From Thermoproteota archaeon (GTDB taxonomy: Archaea; Korarchaeota; Korarchaeia; Korarchaeales; Korarchaeaceae), in the NCBI GenBank assembly GCA_027491435.1, contig JAOZFG010000029.1, positions 1 through 53,029 on the forward strand: a DNA stretch of 53,029 bases, read 5' to 3'. The notes under the pieces were generated by a model, which was not told where the DNA came from, did not search any database, and saw only the letters and a list, made by a program, of their open reading frames with translations. Made by a program: the position numbers and the translations under genes. Shown piece after piece: positions 44,019-53,029 of the stretch (its first letter is position 1; each line of letters starts with the position of its first letter).

Positions 44019-46474
44019 TGAGGAAGTCAGCGTTCCTCCTCATGCTGCTAATGCTGATTCCTTTGGTTGACGGGTCTGCTAGCTACCTTGAGGTCTACGA
44101 CAGGGGCTGGTCGGGCCTATTTATACTCGGGGCAACTAACACGTACTTCGTCAGGTTGAAGAGCCTGTTCTCAGGACAGATAACGGACCTTCAGGGGGAG
44201 CTAACGGTATACGATTTGGCGGGCTCGGACGTTACCTCTACAGCTTCCTTCACGGGGTCACTGTTCCCAGGTCAGGTAGCGGAGCTCGATTTCAGCGTCT
44301 TCATTCCGGCGAACGCCGTGGCTTCTCACTACAAGGCCAACCTCAAGCTCACATACCTGGCCGATGGCGTTCCCATGGAGGAGAACTTCCCCCTGCTCAT
44401 AACCGTGACCGGCACTCCTAGGGTGGAGGCCAGCCTACTAGGTGAAGTGAGGCCTGGGTGGCCTTCTCAGGTCCTCCTCAAGGTGAAAAATAAGGGGGAC
44501 GGGGTGGCTAGGGAAGTGAGGGTCAGCCTGAGGCCTAACACTCCGTATGCTAGCATAAGCTCTCCAGTAGACTTTGGAGTGCTTGAGCCAGGGGAGGAGA
44601 AATCTAAGGCAATTACTGCCTTCGTCTCATCGGCTGACGAGGCCGTCTCCTTCACCCTAGTAGTCACCTGGAGGGACGAGTTCAATAACGCCGGTCAGGA
44701 CACTTACGTGTCAGCTGTCCCAGCGGTTGGCGGTCCTTTTCCTGACGTGAGCGTGTCCGTCAACAGGACGGAACTGCTGCCGGGTGAAAATGAGGTTAAG
44801 CTGATAGTGAGGAACGATGGAAGCGATGACGCCCTTAACGTTACCGTCGAGTTGGGGCCTTCATCGCTGGCCGTGAGCCCCTCAAGGGTTAAGGTCGGCA
44901 GGCTCAGGTCAGGTGAGGAAAGGTGGTACCTCCTGAAGGTTCAAGTGTCCCCAGAAGCCAGGGGCCCCGTCTCTATCCCGGTCACCGTGAGTTACGAAGA
45001 TGAAGGTCGGGAGAAGCACACTTACACCATGAGTTTCGGCTTTTACGTCGACGTTATACAGGGGCCGCAGCTGGTGGCCTTTCTCACCAAGAAGGTTGTG
45101 AGGCCCGCCAGCCAGGAGGTAGTCGGAATTATACTAAGGAACCTGGGGGATGTCTCAGCCAGGGACGTGAAGGTGGACGTGAGCCCTTCAAAGGACCTGG
45201 CGATACTCACGGAAAGCGGAGCCTACATCCCAGAGCTAAGTCCGGGGGACACTTACCTGCTTGAGATAATGGTGTCCACTCCCAAGAACGTCTACGGGAG
45301 CCTTCCCCTCACTCTGACCATGAACTACCTGGACGAGTACGACAGGCAGAGGGAGAAGGTGATCACCCTAAGCCTAATAGCAGAGGATGTGGACGAGCCC
45401 GTTTTAAGCGCCCTCCCGGTTAACTATACCCTATCGCCCGATGAAGTTAACCCGCTGCTCATTAAGGTAAACAACGAGGGTGGAGACGCTAAAGACCTGG
45501 TGCTGAGGTTGGTGGTCCCTCAGGAGCTGGGAGCCGTTGTCTCCAGTGACTTCGTCTACCTGAGGAGGCTTAGCAGTGGTGAGAGCGTTACCGTTAACTA
45601 CAGCGTTTACCTGACCCCTAAGGTTTATGGGGCCATTCAGATGGCCCTCCACGTCAAGTACAAGGATTCAGCCGGCAGAGAGGCGGAGGAGCTCATACCT
45701 ATAGGAGTTAGGGCGTCGGGAAACCCTGAGATAGAGGTAATGTCGGTCAGCACCTCACCTCCCTCCATCTTCCCTGGGGATTACAACGTGGTCGTGACAG
45801 TCATGGTAACTAACGTCGGCAACTACGTGGCTAAGAAGGTTAGGCTTAAACTGCAGACGGTTGAAGGGTCAATAGAGCCCTCATCAGCCGGCTCAGACGA
45901 GTTCCTCCTTCCCTACCTACCCCCAGGGGAGAGCGCGCCCGTCACATTCAGGGTGGACGTGAAGGACACCGCCAAACCCGGGAGGTACAACCTTAAGTTG
46001 AACACGGGTTACGGAGAGGCTTACGTACCCATCGAGGTGGAGACCAAGGCTAAGTTCAGGTTGGTCGCCCTTAAGACGGTCAAGCCTGCCAGGCCAGGGG
46101 ATAAGGGAGTCAAGCTCCTGATAGTTATCAGGAACGAGGAGAGGGTTACTGCTGAGGACGTCAGGGTGGAGATAGTAACCCCCTACCTGGTGGGCACCAC
46201 CAGCGCCGCCCTTGGAGACGTGCCCAAGGGCCTGAACTCCTCCCTGATATTGGAGGTGGACGTAGATCAGAACGCCCCCCTTGTGGTTCCCCTCGACATA
46301 AAGGTTTCCTGGAAGCAGGGCGGAAGGTCCCTCAGCCAGACAATACCGGCAAAGCTTCACCTAGCTGGAGCCTCCAAGAAGTCATCTGCTGACCTGACAA
46401 TTCCAACCCTGCTGATAGCCCTAGCCCTGGCGTCAGTCGCCTTCTTGCTCTACAGGAGGGGGCCCAGGAGATAA
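44018..46474 (+). CDS. Surface/S-layer-like multi-Ig (COG1361/CARDB-like) protein
   Basis: Signal peptide; ~6-7 repeats of .N.G...A..V...L.PGE...; C-terminal TM plus RRGPRR. Confidence 0.85.
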   Translation: MRKSAFLLMLLMLIPLVDGSASYLEVYDRGWSGLFILGATNTYFVRLKSLFSGQITDLQGELTVYDLAGSDVTSTASFTGSLFPGQVAELDFSVFIPANAVASHYKANLKLTYLADGVPMEENFPLLITVTGTPRVEASLLGEVRPGWPSQVLLKVKNKGDGVAREVRVSLRPNTPYASISSPVDFGVLEPGEEKSKAITAFVSSADEAVSFTLVVTWRDEFNNAGQDTYVSAVPAVGGPFPDVSVSVNRTELLPGENEVKLIVRNDGSDDALNVTVELGPSSLAVSPSRVKVGRLRSGEERWYLLKVQVSPEARGPVSIPVTVSYEDEGREKHTYTMSFGFYVDVIQGPQLVAFLTKKVVRPASQEVVGIILRNLGDVSARDVKVDVSPSKDLAILTESGAYIPELSPGDTYLLEIMVSTPKNVYGSLPLTLTMNYLDEYDRQREKVITLSLIAEDVDEPVLSALPVNYTLSPDEVNPLLIKVNNEGGDAKDLVLRLVVPQELGAVVSSDFVYLRRLSSGESVTVNYSVYLTPKVYGAIQMALHVKYKDSAGREAEELIPIGVRASGNPEIEVMSVSTSPPSIFPGDYNVVVTVMVTNVGNYVAKKVRLKLQTVEGSIEPSSAGSDEFLLPYLPPGESAPVTFRVDVKDTAKPGRYNLKLNTGYGEAYVPIEVETKAKFRLVALKTVKPARPGDKGVKLLIVIRNEERVTAEDVRVEIVTPYLVGTTSAALGDVPKGLNSSLILEVDVDQNAPLVVPLDIKVSWKQGGRSLSQTIPAKLHLAGASKKSSADLTIPTLLIALALASVAFLLYRRGPRR

Positions 46475-46512
46475 ACTTTTTTGTCCTAGCCCGCCGTTAA
46501 CCAGGTGTTCTC

Positions 46513-48135
46513 ATGCTAGACTCTCAGTTCGACAAGGTGGTTCAGGAATTCCTCACCAGATCCCTGGAGATAAATCCTGTAGCTGGCACTTACCTGGGGC
46601 TACATGAGTACGACGACAGTCTCCCTAAGGGGGGCAGGGAGTGGATCGAGGCTAACCTGAAGCTGGCTCAGGAGGTTAAAGAGGCCCTGAAGGATTTCCC
46701 CCCGGGGAGCCTCACTGGATATCGGAGGGTTGACAGGGAGCTCCTGGAGTGGGTGGTGGACCTCAGCATCTTCGAACACCAGAAGATCAGGATGTGGGAA
46801 AAGTACAGTCCTAGTGTAGACGTGCTCGGTGGCTCCATCTACCTGCTGATGGTCAGGGACTTCGCCCCCCTTGAGGCCAGGCTGAAGAGCATCGCTTCAA
46901 GACTGGAACAGTTTCCTGAGTTTGAGAAGAGGAACAGGGAACTTCTCAAGGATCCGGTGAGGGTCTGGAACAGCATAGCCCTGCAGTCGGGGTATGGGAT
47001 GCACCAGCTCCTGGACATTTTGGAGGAACAGGCCTCCAATTACCCCTCCATTAGGGAAGAGGTGAGGGCCTCCATATCCACGACAAGGGAGGCCTTGAAC
47101 GACCACCTCAAGTGGCTGGAAACTGAAGTGCTCCCCAGGTCGAAGGACGAATTCCACCTGGGCAAGCCCCTGTTTAACGAGCTGTTAAAGCTAAGAGGGA
47201 TCCCCTACGACGCTGATGAGCTCGTCGAGATAGGCTACTCCTACCTAGAACGTTACAAGGAGGAGCTGAAGGAGCTGGCTCATGAGATAATGGAGGGGGC
47301 GTCCCCTGATGAGGTATTGGAGATTATAAAGGAAAGGAGGCCTAAAACATTCGAGGAGGCCCTAAACCACTACAGGAAGTCCGTAGAATCGGTCAAGGCC
47401 TTCCTGAGGGAGAAGGAGATCGTCAGCCTCCCGCCTAATGAGGAGTTAGAGGTTGTGGAGACCCCTCCCTTCCTGAGGAACCTAATACCCATAGCTGCCT
47501 ACCTGGCCCCGGCGAAGTACGAGGAGGTGAAGAAGGGAGTTTACATGGTCACTAGGCCCCAATCCGATGAGGGGTTGCAGGAGCATTGCTACACGTGCAT
47601 AGAAAACGTCACGGTTCACGAGGGCTATCCGGGCCACCACCTCCACCTGAGCTGGCTCATGTCCCACCCGAGCGTAGTCAGGGTTCTTGCCCTGGAGAAG
47701 GCCACCGAGTTCGTCGAGGGGTGGGCCTTCTACTGTGAGGAGATGATGAAGGACCAAGGCTACATGGACGACCCAGAGCACAGGTTTATGATGTTGGTGG
47801 ACCTCCTCTGGAGGGCTGCAAGGATAGTGGTCGACGTTAAACTTCAGACGGGAGAGATGGGCATAAAGGAGGCTATAGACTTCATGAAAAAGAACGCCTT
47901 CCTGAGCGAAGAGGCCGCCACAGCAGAGGTGCTCAGGTACACCATGTCCCCCTCACAGCCCCTCAGCTACATGCTAGGCAAGCACCTGATCATGAAGTTA
48001 AGGAAGGAGTTGGAGGAGGCCCTTGGAGGCAGGTTCAGCCTTAAGGCCTTCCATGACGCTTTGATGGAGGAGGGCGCCCTTCCCTGGTTTCTAATGGAGA
48101 GAGTGGTACGCGAGAAGATCGGTGTGTCCCCATGA
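46513..48135 (+). CDS. DUF885 family protein (HExxxGH metallopeptidase-like)
   Basis: P..GTYLGLHEYD, VHEGYPGHHLH, FVEGWAFYCEE, WRAAR.VVD, RY...P.Q..SY..G, FHD. Confidence 0.88.
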   Translation: MLDSQFDKVVQEFLTRSLEINPVAGTYLGLHEYDDSLPKGGREWIEANLKLAQEVKEALKDFPPGSLTGYRRVDRELLEWVVDLSIFEHQKIRMWEKYSPSVDVLGGSIYLLMVRDFAPLEARLKSIASRLEQFPEFEKRNRELLKDPVRVWNSIALQSGYGMHQLLDILEEQASNYPSIREEVRASISTTREALNDHLKWLETEVLPRSKDEFHLGKPLFNELLKLRGIPYDADELVEIGYSYLERYKEELKELAHEIMEGASPDEVLEIIKERRPKTFEEALNHYRKSVESVKAFLREKEIVSLPPNEELEVVETPPFLRNLIPIAAYLAPAKYEEVKKGVYMVTRPQSDEGLQEHCYTCIENVTVHEGYPGHHLHLSWLMSHPSVVRVLALEKATEFVEGWAFYCEEMMKDQGYMDDPEHRFMMLVDLLWRAARIVVDVKLQTGEMGIKEAIDFMKKNAFLSEEAATAEVLRYTMSPSQPLSYMLGKHLIMKLRKELEEALGGRFSLKAFHDALMEEGALPWFLMERVVREKIGVSP

Positions 48136-49109
48136 TATGGATTGACGTGGTGAACCAGCCTCACGTCAGGTTCTGGAGGAGGTTTCTCCACTTCTACAGG
48201 GGAGACGTCCTGATAACCGTAAGGGATAAGGGAAACTTAGCCGAGATGGCCGAGCTCTTCTTGGGGGATGTCTTGACCGTGGGGAGGTGGGGCAAGGATC
48301 GGCTGGATAAGCTACTGGCCTTCGCGGAGAGGGTCAAGGAGTTGACAAAACTGGTTCAGGGCAGGGTGAACCTGGCCCTGTCCAAGGCTTCACCAGAGCT
48401 CGCCAGGGTGGCCTTCGGCCTGGGCATCAAGTCGGTGATAGCTAACGATAACGACCTGCCCCCCTACACGGTGAGCAAGCTCACCTTCCCCTTGGCCTCC
48501 CTTGTCCTAATACCTGAGTGCTACAGCGGTCCAACCTTCAGCGCCAAGGATAGGAGGTTTTCTGGCACCTTTGAGGTCTCTCACGTTCTGGATTACCTAG
48601 AGAGAGGACCTGTTAAGGAATTTGGGCTGGAAGAGGAATACATGGTGGCCAGGCCGCCTCCAAAATCATTCTACCTGGACATGCCCTCAGACTGGTTCGT
48701 AAAGCTGGTGAGGAAGGTCTCCAGGGAGCTCAGGCTGAAGGTCGTTTACATACCTAGGGAGGGGGAGAGGCCCGAGGGCTTCATAATTCCAGAGGAGGTG
48801 GTAGACGGCATCGATTTGATAAGGGGATCCGCCCTGGTGTTGGGAGCTGGAGGCACCATGACTAGAGAAGCTGCCCTCCTTGGGAAGCCCACCGTATCCC
48901 TCTTCCCCCTGAAAGGACCCTGCGTCACGGACATCCTGCTTAAGGAAGGCCTAATGATAAGGGGAAAGCCGTCGTTGAACGTGGAGGAACTCAAGGACTT
49001 AATGAAGGAGGAGCGTGAGGAGAAGGTCAGGGACTTCCTAAGGAGGAGCGAAGACCCAGCTAAAGTCCTGGCTGAGCTGGCCTCCGTTAAAATGGATGAT
49101 CAGATTTGA
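48132..49109 (+). CDS. DUF354 family protein (GT-B-like)
   Basis: IWID..N.PHV.F, S.ASPELARVAFGLG, GGTMTREAALLG.P. Confidence 0.85.
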   Translation: MIWIDVVNQPHVRFWRRFLHFYRGDVLITVRDKGNLAEMAELFLGDVLTVGRWGKDRLDKLLAFAERVKELTKLVQGRVNLALSKASPELARVAFGLGIKSVIANDNDLPPYTVSKLTFPLASLVLIPECYSGPTFSAKDRRFSGTFEVSHVLDYLERGPVKEFGLEEEYMVARPPPKSFYLDMPSDWFVKLVRKVSRELRLKVVYIPREGERPEGFIIPEEVVDGIDLIRGSALVLGAGGTMTREAALLGKPTVSLFPLKGPCVTDILLKEGLMIRGKPSLNVEELKDLMKEEREEKVRDFLRRSEDPAKVLAELASVKMDDQI

Positions 49110-49164
49110 AACCCTCACCGGAAAACCTTTTTTCAGTTCCCCAGCTGAGAGGGTGGGTGACCTC

Positions 49165-50478
49165 ATGAAGGTAGTCGTGATAGGAGGAGGCCCCGCTGGA
49201 ATGGCCGCTGCCAGCAGGGTCAGGAGGCTCCAGCCTGAAAGCGAAGTCACAGTAGTTGAGAGAACCAGGTTCGTGAGCTTCGCCCTCTGCGGAACTCCCT
49301 ACTACGTAGGAGATGTGGTCAAGTCCCTTGACGACCTCATGTATTACCCACCCAAGTACTTCGTCGAGAAGAGGAGGATAAACCTGATGCTCAACTCGGT
49401 GGCCGAGTCCGTCTCCCTGGATGAGAGGAAAGTGGTGGTCAGGTCAGGGGGCGAGGTTAAAGAGCTGGAGTGGGACAAGCTTATAGTGGCGACGGGGGCC
49501 AGGGCAACCGTCCCCCCCATTCCGGGAGTGGACTCCGAAGGGGTCTTCACCTTGCATCACCTGGATGAAGCTCATGAGCTCAAGGAGGCCCTGAAGAGGG
49601 CCAAGGAAGTGCTCATAGTGGGGGCAGGCCTTGTTGGAATGGAGTTAGCCGAGAACGTGCAGAGGCTTGGGAAAGACGTTAGGGTAGTGGAGATGTTCGA
49701 TCACGTCCTCCCCAAGTTGCTCGACCCGGACGTGGCGGCAAAGCTAAACCTCCCAGTCAAGGTCAGCACGGGCGTGAGGATAGAGGAGATAAGGAGGTCT
49801 AACGGGAGGCTAGCGGCCACGGCCGGTGAATCGAGGTTTGAGGCCGACCTGATAATCATGGCCACGGGTATAAGGCCTAACACGGAGTTACTTAAGGAAA
49901 TAGGACAGGTGGGGGAGACAGGGGCCCTTAAAGTGGACGAGAGGATGAGGTTGCCAGGACATAATGACGTCTACGCCGCTGGAGACGCTGTAGAGACGGT
50001 GAACCTGGTAACCGGGAAGCCTGACTGGTTCCCGTTCGCTCAGGTTGCCAACAAGATGGGCTTGGTGGCCGGAGCCAACGCCGCCGGTTACGAGGTGACC
50101 TTCCCCGGGGCGGTGGGGACCTGGACCACACAGATCTTCGGGGTCGAGGTAGCTGGCACCGGTTTAACTGAGTCCAGGGCCAAACAGCTGGGCTATGAGG
50201 TAGTCTCCTCGCTGATAGAGGCTGGAGACAGGGCTCATTACATACCGGGTAGATCTAAAATAGTGATAAAAATGGTGGCAGAGAAAGGGGGAAAGGTGTT
50301 AGGGGTTCAAGCCGTAGGCAGGGGGGCCCTCCACAGGGTGAACGTGGCCGCAAGCCTCATAGCTAGAGGGGCCGACCCTCACGACTTCATATTCACAGAC
50401 ATGGGTTATGCCCCACCCCTAGCTCCCGTGTGGGATCCCCTGATCATAGCGGCCAGAAGGCTCAGTCCCGTGCTCTAG
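49165..50478 (+). CDS. CoA-disulfide reductase / NAD(P)H (poly)sulfide oxidoreductase family flavoprotein
   Basis: IGGGPAG, SFALCG.PY (redox Cys), ATGA, VGAG.VG.E, VYAAGD, GYAPP.APVWD. Start at ATG 49165 after GGTGA. Confidence 0.88.
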   Translation: MKVVVIGGGPAGMAAASRVRRLQPESEVTVVERTRFVSFALCGTPYYVGDVVKSLDDLMYYPPKYFVEKRRINLMLNSVAESVSLDERKVVVRSGGEVKELEWDKLIVATGARATVPPIPGVDSEGVFTLHHLDEAHELKEALKRAKEVLIVGAGLVGMELAENVQRLGKDVRVVEMFDHVLPKLLDPDVAAKLNLPVKVSTGVRIEEIRRSNGRLAATAGESRFEADLIIMATGIRPNTELLKEIGQVGETGALKVDERMRLPGHNDVYAAGDAVETVNLVTGKPDWFPFAQVANKMGLVAGANAAGYEVTFPGAVGTWTTQIFGVEVAGTGLTESRAKQLGYEVVSSLIEAGDRAHYIPGRSKIVIKMVAEKGGKVLGVQAVGRGALHRVNVAASLIARGADPHDFIFTDMGYAPPLAPVWDPLIIAARRLSPVL

Positions 50479-50852
50479 ACAAGCCCTCTCTTCTTCTTTT
50501 CCTCCTTAGGAGGCGCTCCGAACACTCCCTTTATGAAGGAGTCGACGACGTCCCTGACCCTCTCGCCCTCCATGTAGAACACCTTTATCCCCCAGGACCT
50601 GAGGGATTCCTCAACGTCCCTGCAAACGGTCACCACCAATACCGCATCAACTCCCAGATGTTTGAGCCAAGAGGAGAGGCTCGGCCCCCTGTACTGGATC
50701 AAACCAGATGCAGGATTTCTTATGACCTCCACGTTCTCCACCTCTTCGTTGACGTCTACGATCACGAAGAAAGGCGCATATGTCGGCCTGGCGAACACGT
50801 AAGAGTCTAATCCCTCAGGAGTCCTCGCAGGTACGGCTATTCTCATTTTCAC
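50475..50852 (-). CDS. NifB/NifX (FeMo-cofactor-binding-like) family protein, divergent
   Basis: MRIAVP...GLDS.V....APFFVIVD...EVIRNP, GVDAVLV, L...GIKV; the usual HFG motif is replaced. Confidence 0.7.
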   Translation of the reverse strand: MKMRIAVPARTPEGLDSYVFARPTYAPFFVIVDVNEEVENVEVIRNPASGLIQYRGPSLSSWLKHLGVDAVLVVTVCRDVEESLRSWGIKVFYMEGERVRDVVDSFIKGVFGAPPKEEKKKRGLV

Positions 50853-50943
50853 CCTGTATATGAACCATGAAGCCTTTTATTTCTACCTCCCACGCCGGTG
50901 ACCTGAACGCGGTGACCTTAAATAGAATAAAAGGATCTTAAAT

Positions 50944-51225
50944 ATGATGAAATTAACAACAGTCGGGAAGGTCGTCATGGCTGGGAGGGTGAGGTGTTAC
51001 TACCTTCCCCTGGTCAAGCTGACGAAGTTCCTGTCGACCCTCCAAGATGGGCAGGCCGTGCATGTCATGCTCGACATTAAGAAATTCGACCTAAAGCCGG
51101 TGGAAGCTTTAGCTAGGTCTTACGGGGCCTCTGTTAAGGTCGTCAGGGGGGTTGACGGGGTCCTCGAACTTCTGGTGTATAAGGGTGGGGGAGATGAGGA
51201 GGGAGGACTTCCCGATTCTGGATAG
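50944..51225 (+). CDS. TusA/SirA-like sulfur carrier homolog
   Basis: G.vRCyylPlv.....L..l.dGq.vhvmlD...v.....lv.KG follows the TusA pattern; overlaps the sufS start. Confidence 0.55.
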   Translation: MMKLTTVGKVVMAGRVRCYYLPLVKLTKFLSTLQDGQAVHVMLDIKKFDLKPVEALARSYGASVKVVRGVDGVLELLVYKGGGDEEGGLPDSG

Positions 51226-52381
51226 CGGCATCATCTACTTCGATAACGCTGCCACCACCCACAAGCCCTTACAGGTAATAGAGGCCGTGAGGGAGTTCTA
51301 CATGAGACATAACTCGAACGTACACAGGGGAATACACAGGCTGAGCAGGGAGGCTTCTGAACTTTACGAGGAGGCCCATGAAGTGTTGGCTAGGTTCATA
51401 AACGCCAGAGCTTGTGAGGTGGTCTTCACGCATAACACAACTGACGCTATAAACATGGTAGCCATCGGCTGGGCCCTTCCCAGGCTGAGGCCTGGGGATA
51501 ACGTGGTAACCACGGTTATGGAGCATCACAGCAACATTTTGCCTTGGAAGTTCGTCTGTGAGCTGAAGGGAGCTGAATTAAGGTATGTAGACGTGAATGA
51601 GGAGGGTCTACCCTCCCCTGAGCAGCTAGAGGAGTTAGTCGACAGGAACACCAAGCTTGTGGCGGTTTCAGGCATGTCAAACGTTACAGGCGCAATTCCA
51701 GAGGTGAGGGAGTTCATCAAGGTGGCCCACGATAACGGGGCTGTGATCTTAGTGGACGGGGCTCAGATGGTCCCCCACATGCCTGTGAACGTGAAGGAGT
51801 TGGATGTGGACTTTTTGGCGTTCTCTGGGCATAAAATGTTGGGGCCCACTGGCACAGGCGTACTTTACGGTAAGGAGGAGCTCTTAGAGGAGATGCTCCC
51901 TCCAAAGCCGGGAGGGGGCACTATAACGGACGTCACCCTGGAGGGAGTGGAGTGGGCCCCGTTGCCGTGGAGGCATGAGGGGGGGACCCCCAACATAGCC
52001 GGCGCTGTGGGGCTAGCCGAAGCAGCCAAGTACCTCATGAATGTGGGCATGGAAAGAGTTAGGGAGCACGAGAAGGAGCTTGTGGCCAAGGCCTTGAAGG
52101 TGTTAGATGAAGTGGGTGCGATAGTGTACGGCCCCAGGGACGTCGACAGGAGGGGAGGAATAGCCACCTTCAATTTCAAGGGGCTGGAGCCACACATGGT
52201 AGGGGCCCTGCTGGACGCCAGGAAGATAGCGGTCAGGACGGGTCTACACTGCGCCCATCCGCTCCACAGGAGGATCAAGGCCAGAAACGGAACTGTTAGG
52301 GCCAGCTTTTACTTGTACAATACACTTAAGGAGATAGAAGCCTTCAAAGAAGCGTTAGAGGAGATATCAAAACTCGTTTAG
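51194..52381 (+). CDS. sufS: Cysteine desulfurase, class II (SufS type)
   Basis: REDFPIL, YFDNAATT.KP, NVHRG.H, EHHSN..PW, DGAQ, FSGHKMLGPTG, RTGLHCA.P, RASFYLYN. Confidence 0.95.
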   Translation: MRREDFPILDSGIIYFDNAATTHKPLQVIEAVREFYMRHNSNVHRGIHRLSREASELYEEAHEVLARFINARACEVVFTHNTTDAINMVAIGWALPRLRPGDNVVTTVMEHHSNILPWKFVCELKGAELRYVDVNEEGLPSPEQLEELVDRNTKLVAVSGMSNVTGAIPEVREFIKVAHDNGAVILVDGAQMVPHMPVNVKELDVDFLAFSGHKMLGPTGTGVLYGKEELLEEMLPPKPGGGTITDVTLEGVEWAPLPWRHEGGTPNIAGAVGLAEAAKYLMNVGMERVREHEKELVAKALKVLDEVGAIVYGPRDVDRRGGIATFNFKGLEPHMVGALLDARKIAVRTGLHCAHPLHRRIKARNGTVRASFYLYNTLKEIEAFKEALEEISKLV

Positions 52382-52870
52382 GTAGGATGAGTACCAGAGA
52401 AGGGCCAGTATCGTTTTCGCGTCCACTATCTCCCCATCCTCGACCATTGAGAGGGCCTCGTCCAAGGTGACCTTAAATGGCTCTATGTCCTCGTCCTCCT
52501 CCGCCGCCATCTCCCCTTTCTCCTTCACCTTGGCCAAGAAGAAGTGCATCTTCTCCGTCCCATAACCCGGTATCAGGTAGGCCTCAAACATCTTGTGCAA
52601 CTCCTCAGCGATAAGTCCTGTCTCCTCCTTGAGTTCACGTAAAGCGCAATCTTCAGGCCTCTCGCCCTCCTCCAGCGTGCCTGCTGGGACCTCAACTATG
52701 TAACTGTCTAGGGGGTACCTGTACTGTCTGATCAAGTAAACGTGCCTCCCCTCCACCGGAAGGATGGCGACTGACCCCCTATGCCTCACGACCTCCCTGA
52801 CCTTTCCCCTAACCTCGTGAACCTCTAGCGTGATCACCCTGCCCCTGTAAAGGAGCTTCAGGTTATCCAA
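52367..52870 (-). CDS. Nudix hydrolase (ADP-ribose pyrophosphatase-like)
   Basis: REVV.H.GSV, QYRYP, Nudix box G-x5-E-x7-RELKEETG, DAKT. Confidence 0.92.
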   Translation of the reverse strand: MDNLKLLYRGRVITLEVHEVRGKVREVVRHRGSVAILPVEGRHVYLIRQYRYPLDSYIVEVPAGTLEEGERPEDCALRELKEETGLIAEELHKMFEAYLIPGYGTEKMHFFLAKVKEKGEMAAEEDEDIEPFKVTLDEALSMVEDGEIVDAKTILALLWYSSYLNEF

Positions 52871-53029
52871 CGTATCACCCGTGATAACTCCTGTGGCAGT
52901 TAAAAAGCGATGATATCAACTCCTGGTAATGGATGTTATCTCTTTAGGCCCGTTCGACGCCGTAAAGTAATCTCGTTAAACAACTATATACGAGGATTTA
53001 GGGGATAAAATGATCAGGTGCACCACTAC

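Noticed and set aside
52873-52886. Thermococcales glycolytic motif (TATCAC-N5-GTGATA)
   Set aside because: The spacer is 2 nt, not 5, and one arm is the Shine-Dalgarno (GGTGA) of the Nudix gene.
1-53029. CRISPR arrays, IS elements, rRNA, C/D-box sRNAs
   Set aside because: No regularly spaced repeats, transposase or rRNA-like sequence seen. No convincing RUGAUGA/CUGA pair in the intergenic gaps by eye, though small RNAs overlapping genes could be missed.

Overview
53 kb of gene-dense chromosome from a (hyper)thermophilic archaeon. Evidence: GGTGA/GGAGG Shine-Dalgarno sites, TTTAWA TATA boxes, AGG-rich Arg usage, egsA, ABCE1 and an archaeal tRNA-Asp. TACK/Korarchaeota-like affinity is my inference, not shown. 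Content is mostly housekeeping and metabolic: etfB (partial), UPF0210, a B12 radical SAM, SufCB/SmsCB, moaDE, glcD plus an Fe-S partner, kptA, thyX, ATP-type PEPCK, ArsA/GET3, AlaX, udp, NfeD-stomatin, bcp, an acdA-like gene, iorAB, ABCE1, egsA, metG, cutA, an M42 peptidase, an ABC-2 exporter with a surface Ig-like protein, DUF885, DUF354, a CoA-disulfide reductase, TusA-like plus SufS, and a Nudix hydrolase. I saw no CRISPR, transposase, integrase or rRNA. Most notable: (1) a two-gene operon (secreted helical-repeat protein plus membrane-anchored wHTH regulator) with three 11-bp-phased direct repeats abutting its promoter; (2) a Qng1/queuosine-salvage-like glycosylase in an archaeon; (3) a circularly permuted GlcF/HdrD-type protein; (4) an apparently catalytically dead acyl-CoA synthetase alpha subunit before iorAB; (5) a very AT-rich intergenic island containing a dif-like 11-6-11 site; (6) a non-canonical TusA-like gene coupled to SufS. 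All family calls come from motif recognition by eye, with no database searches.
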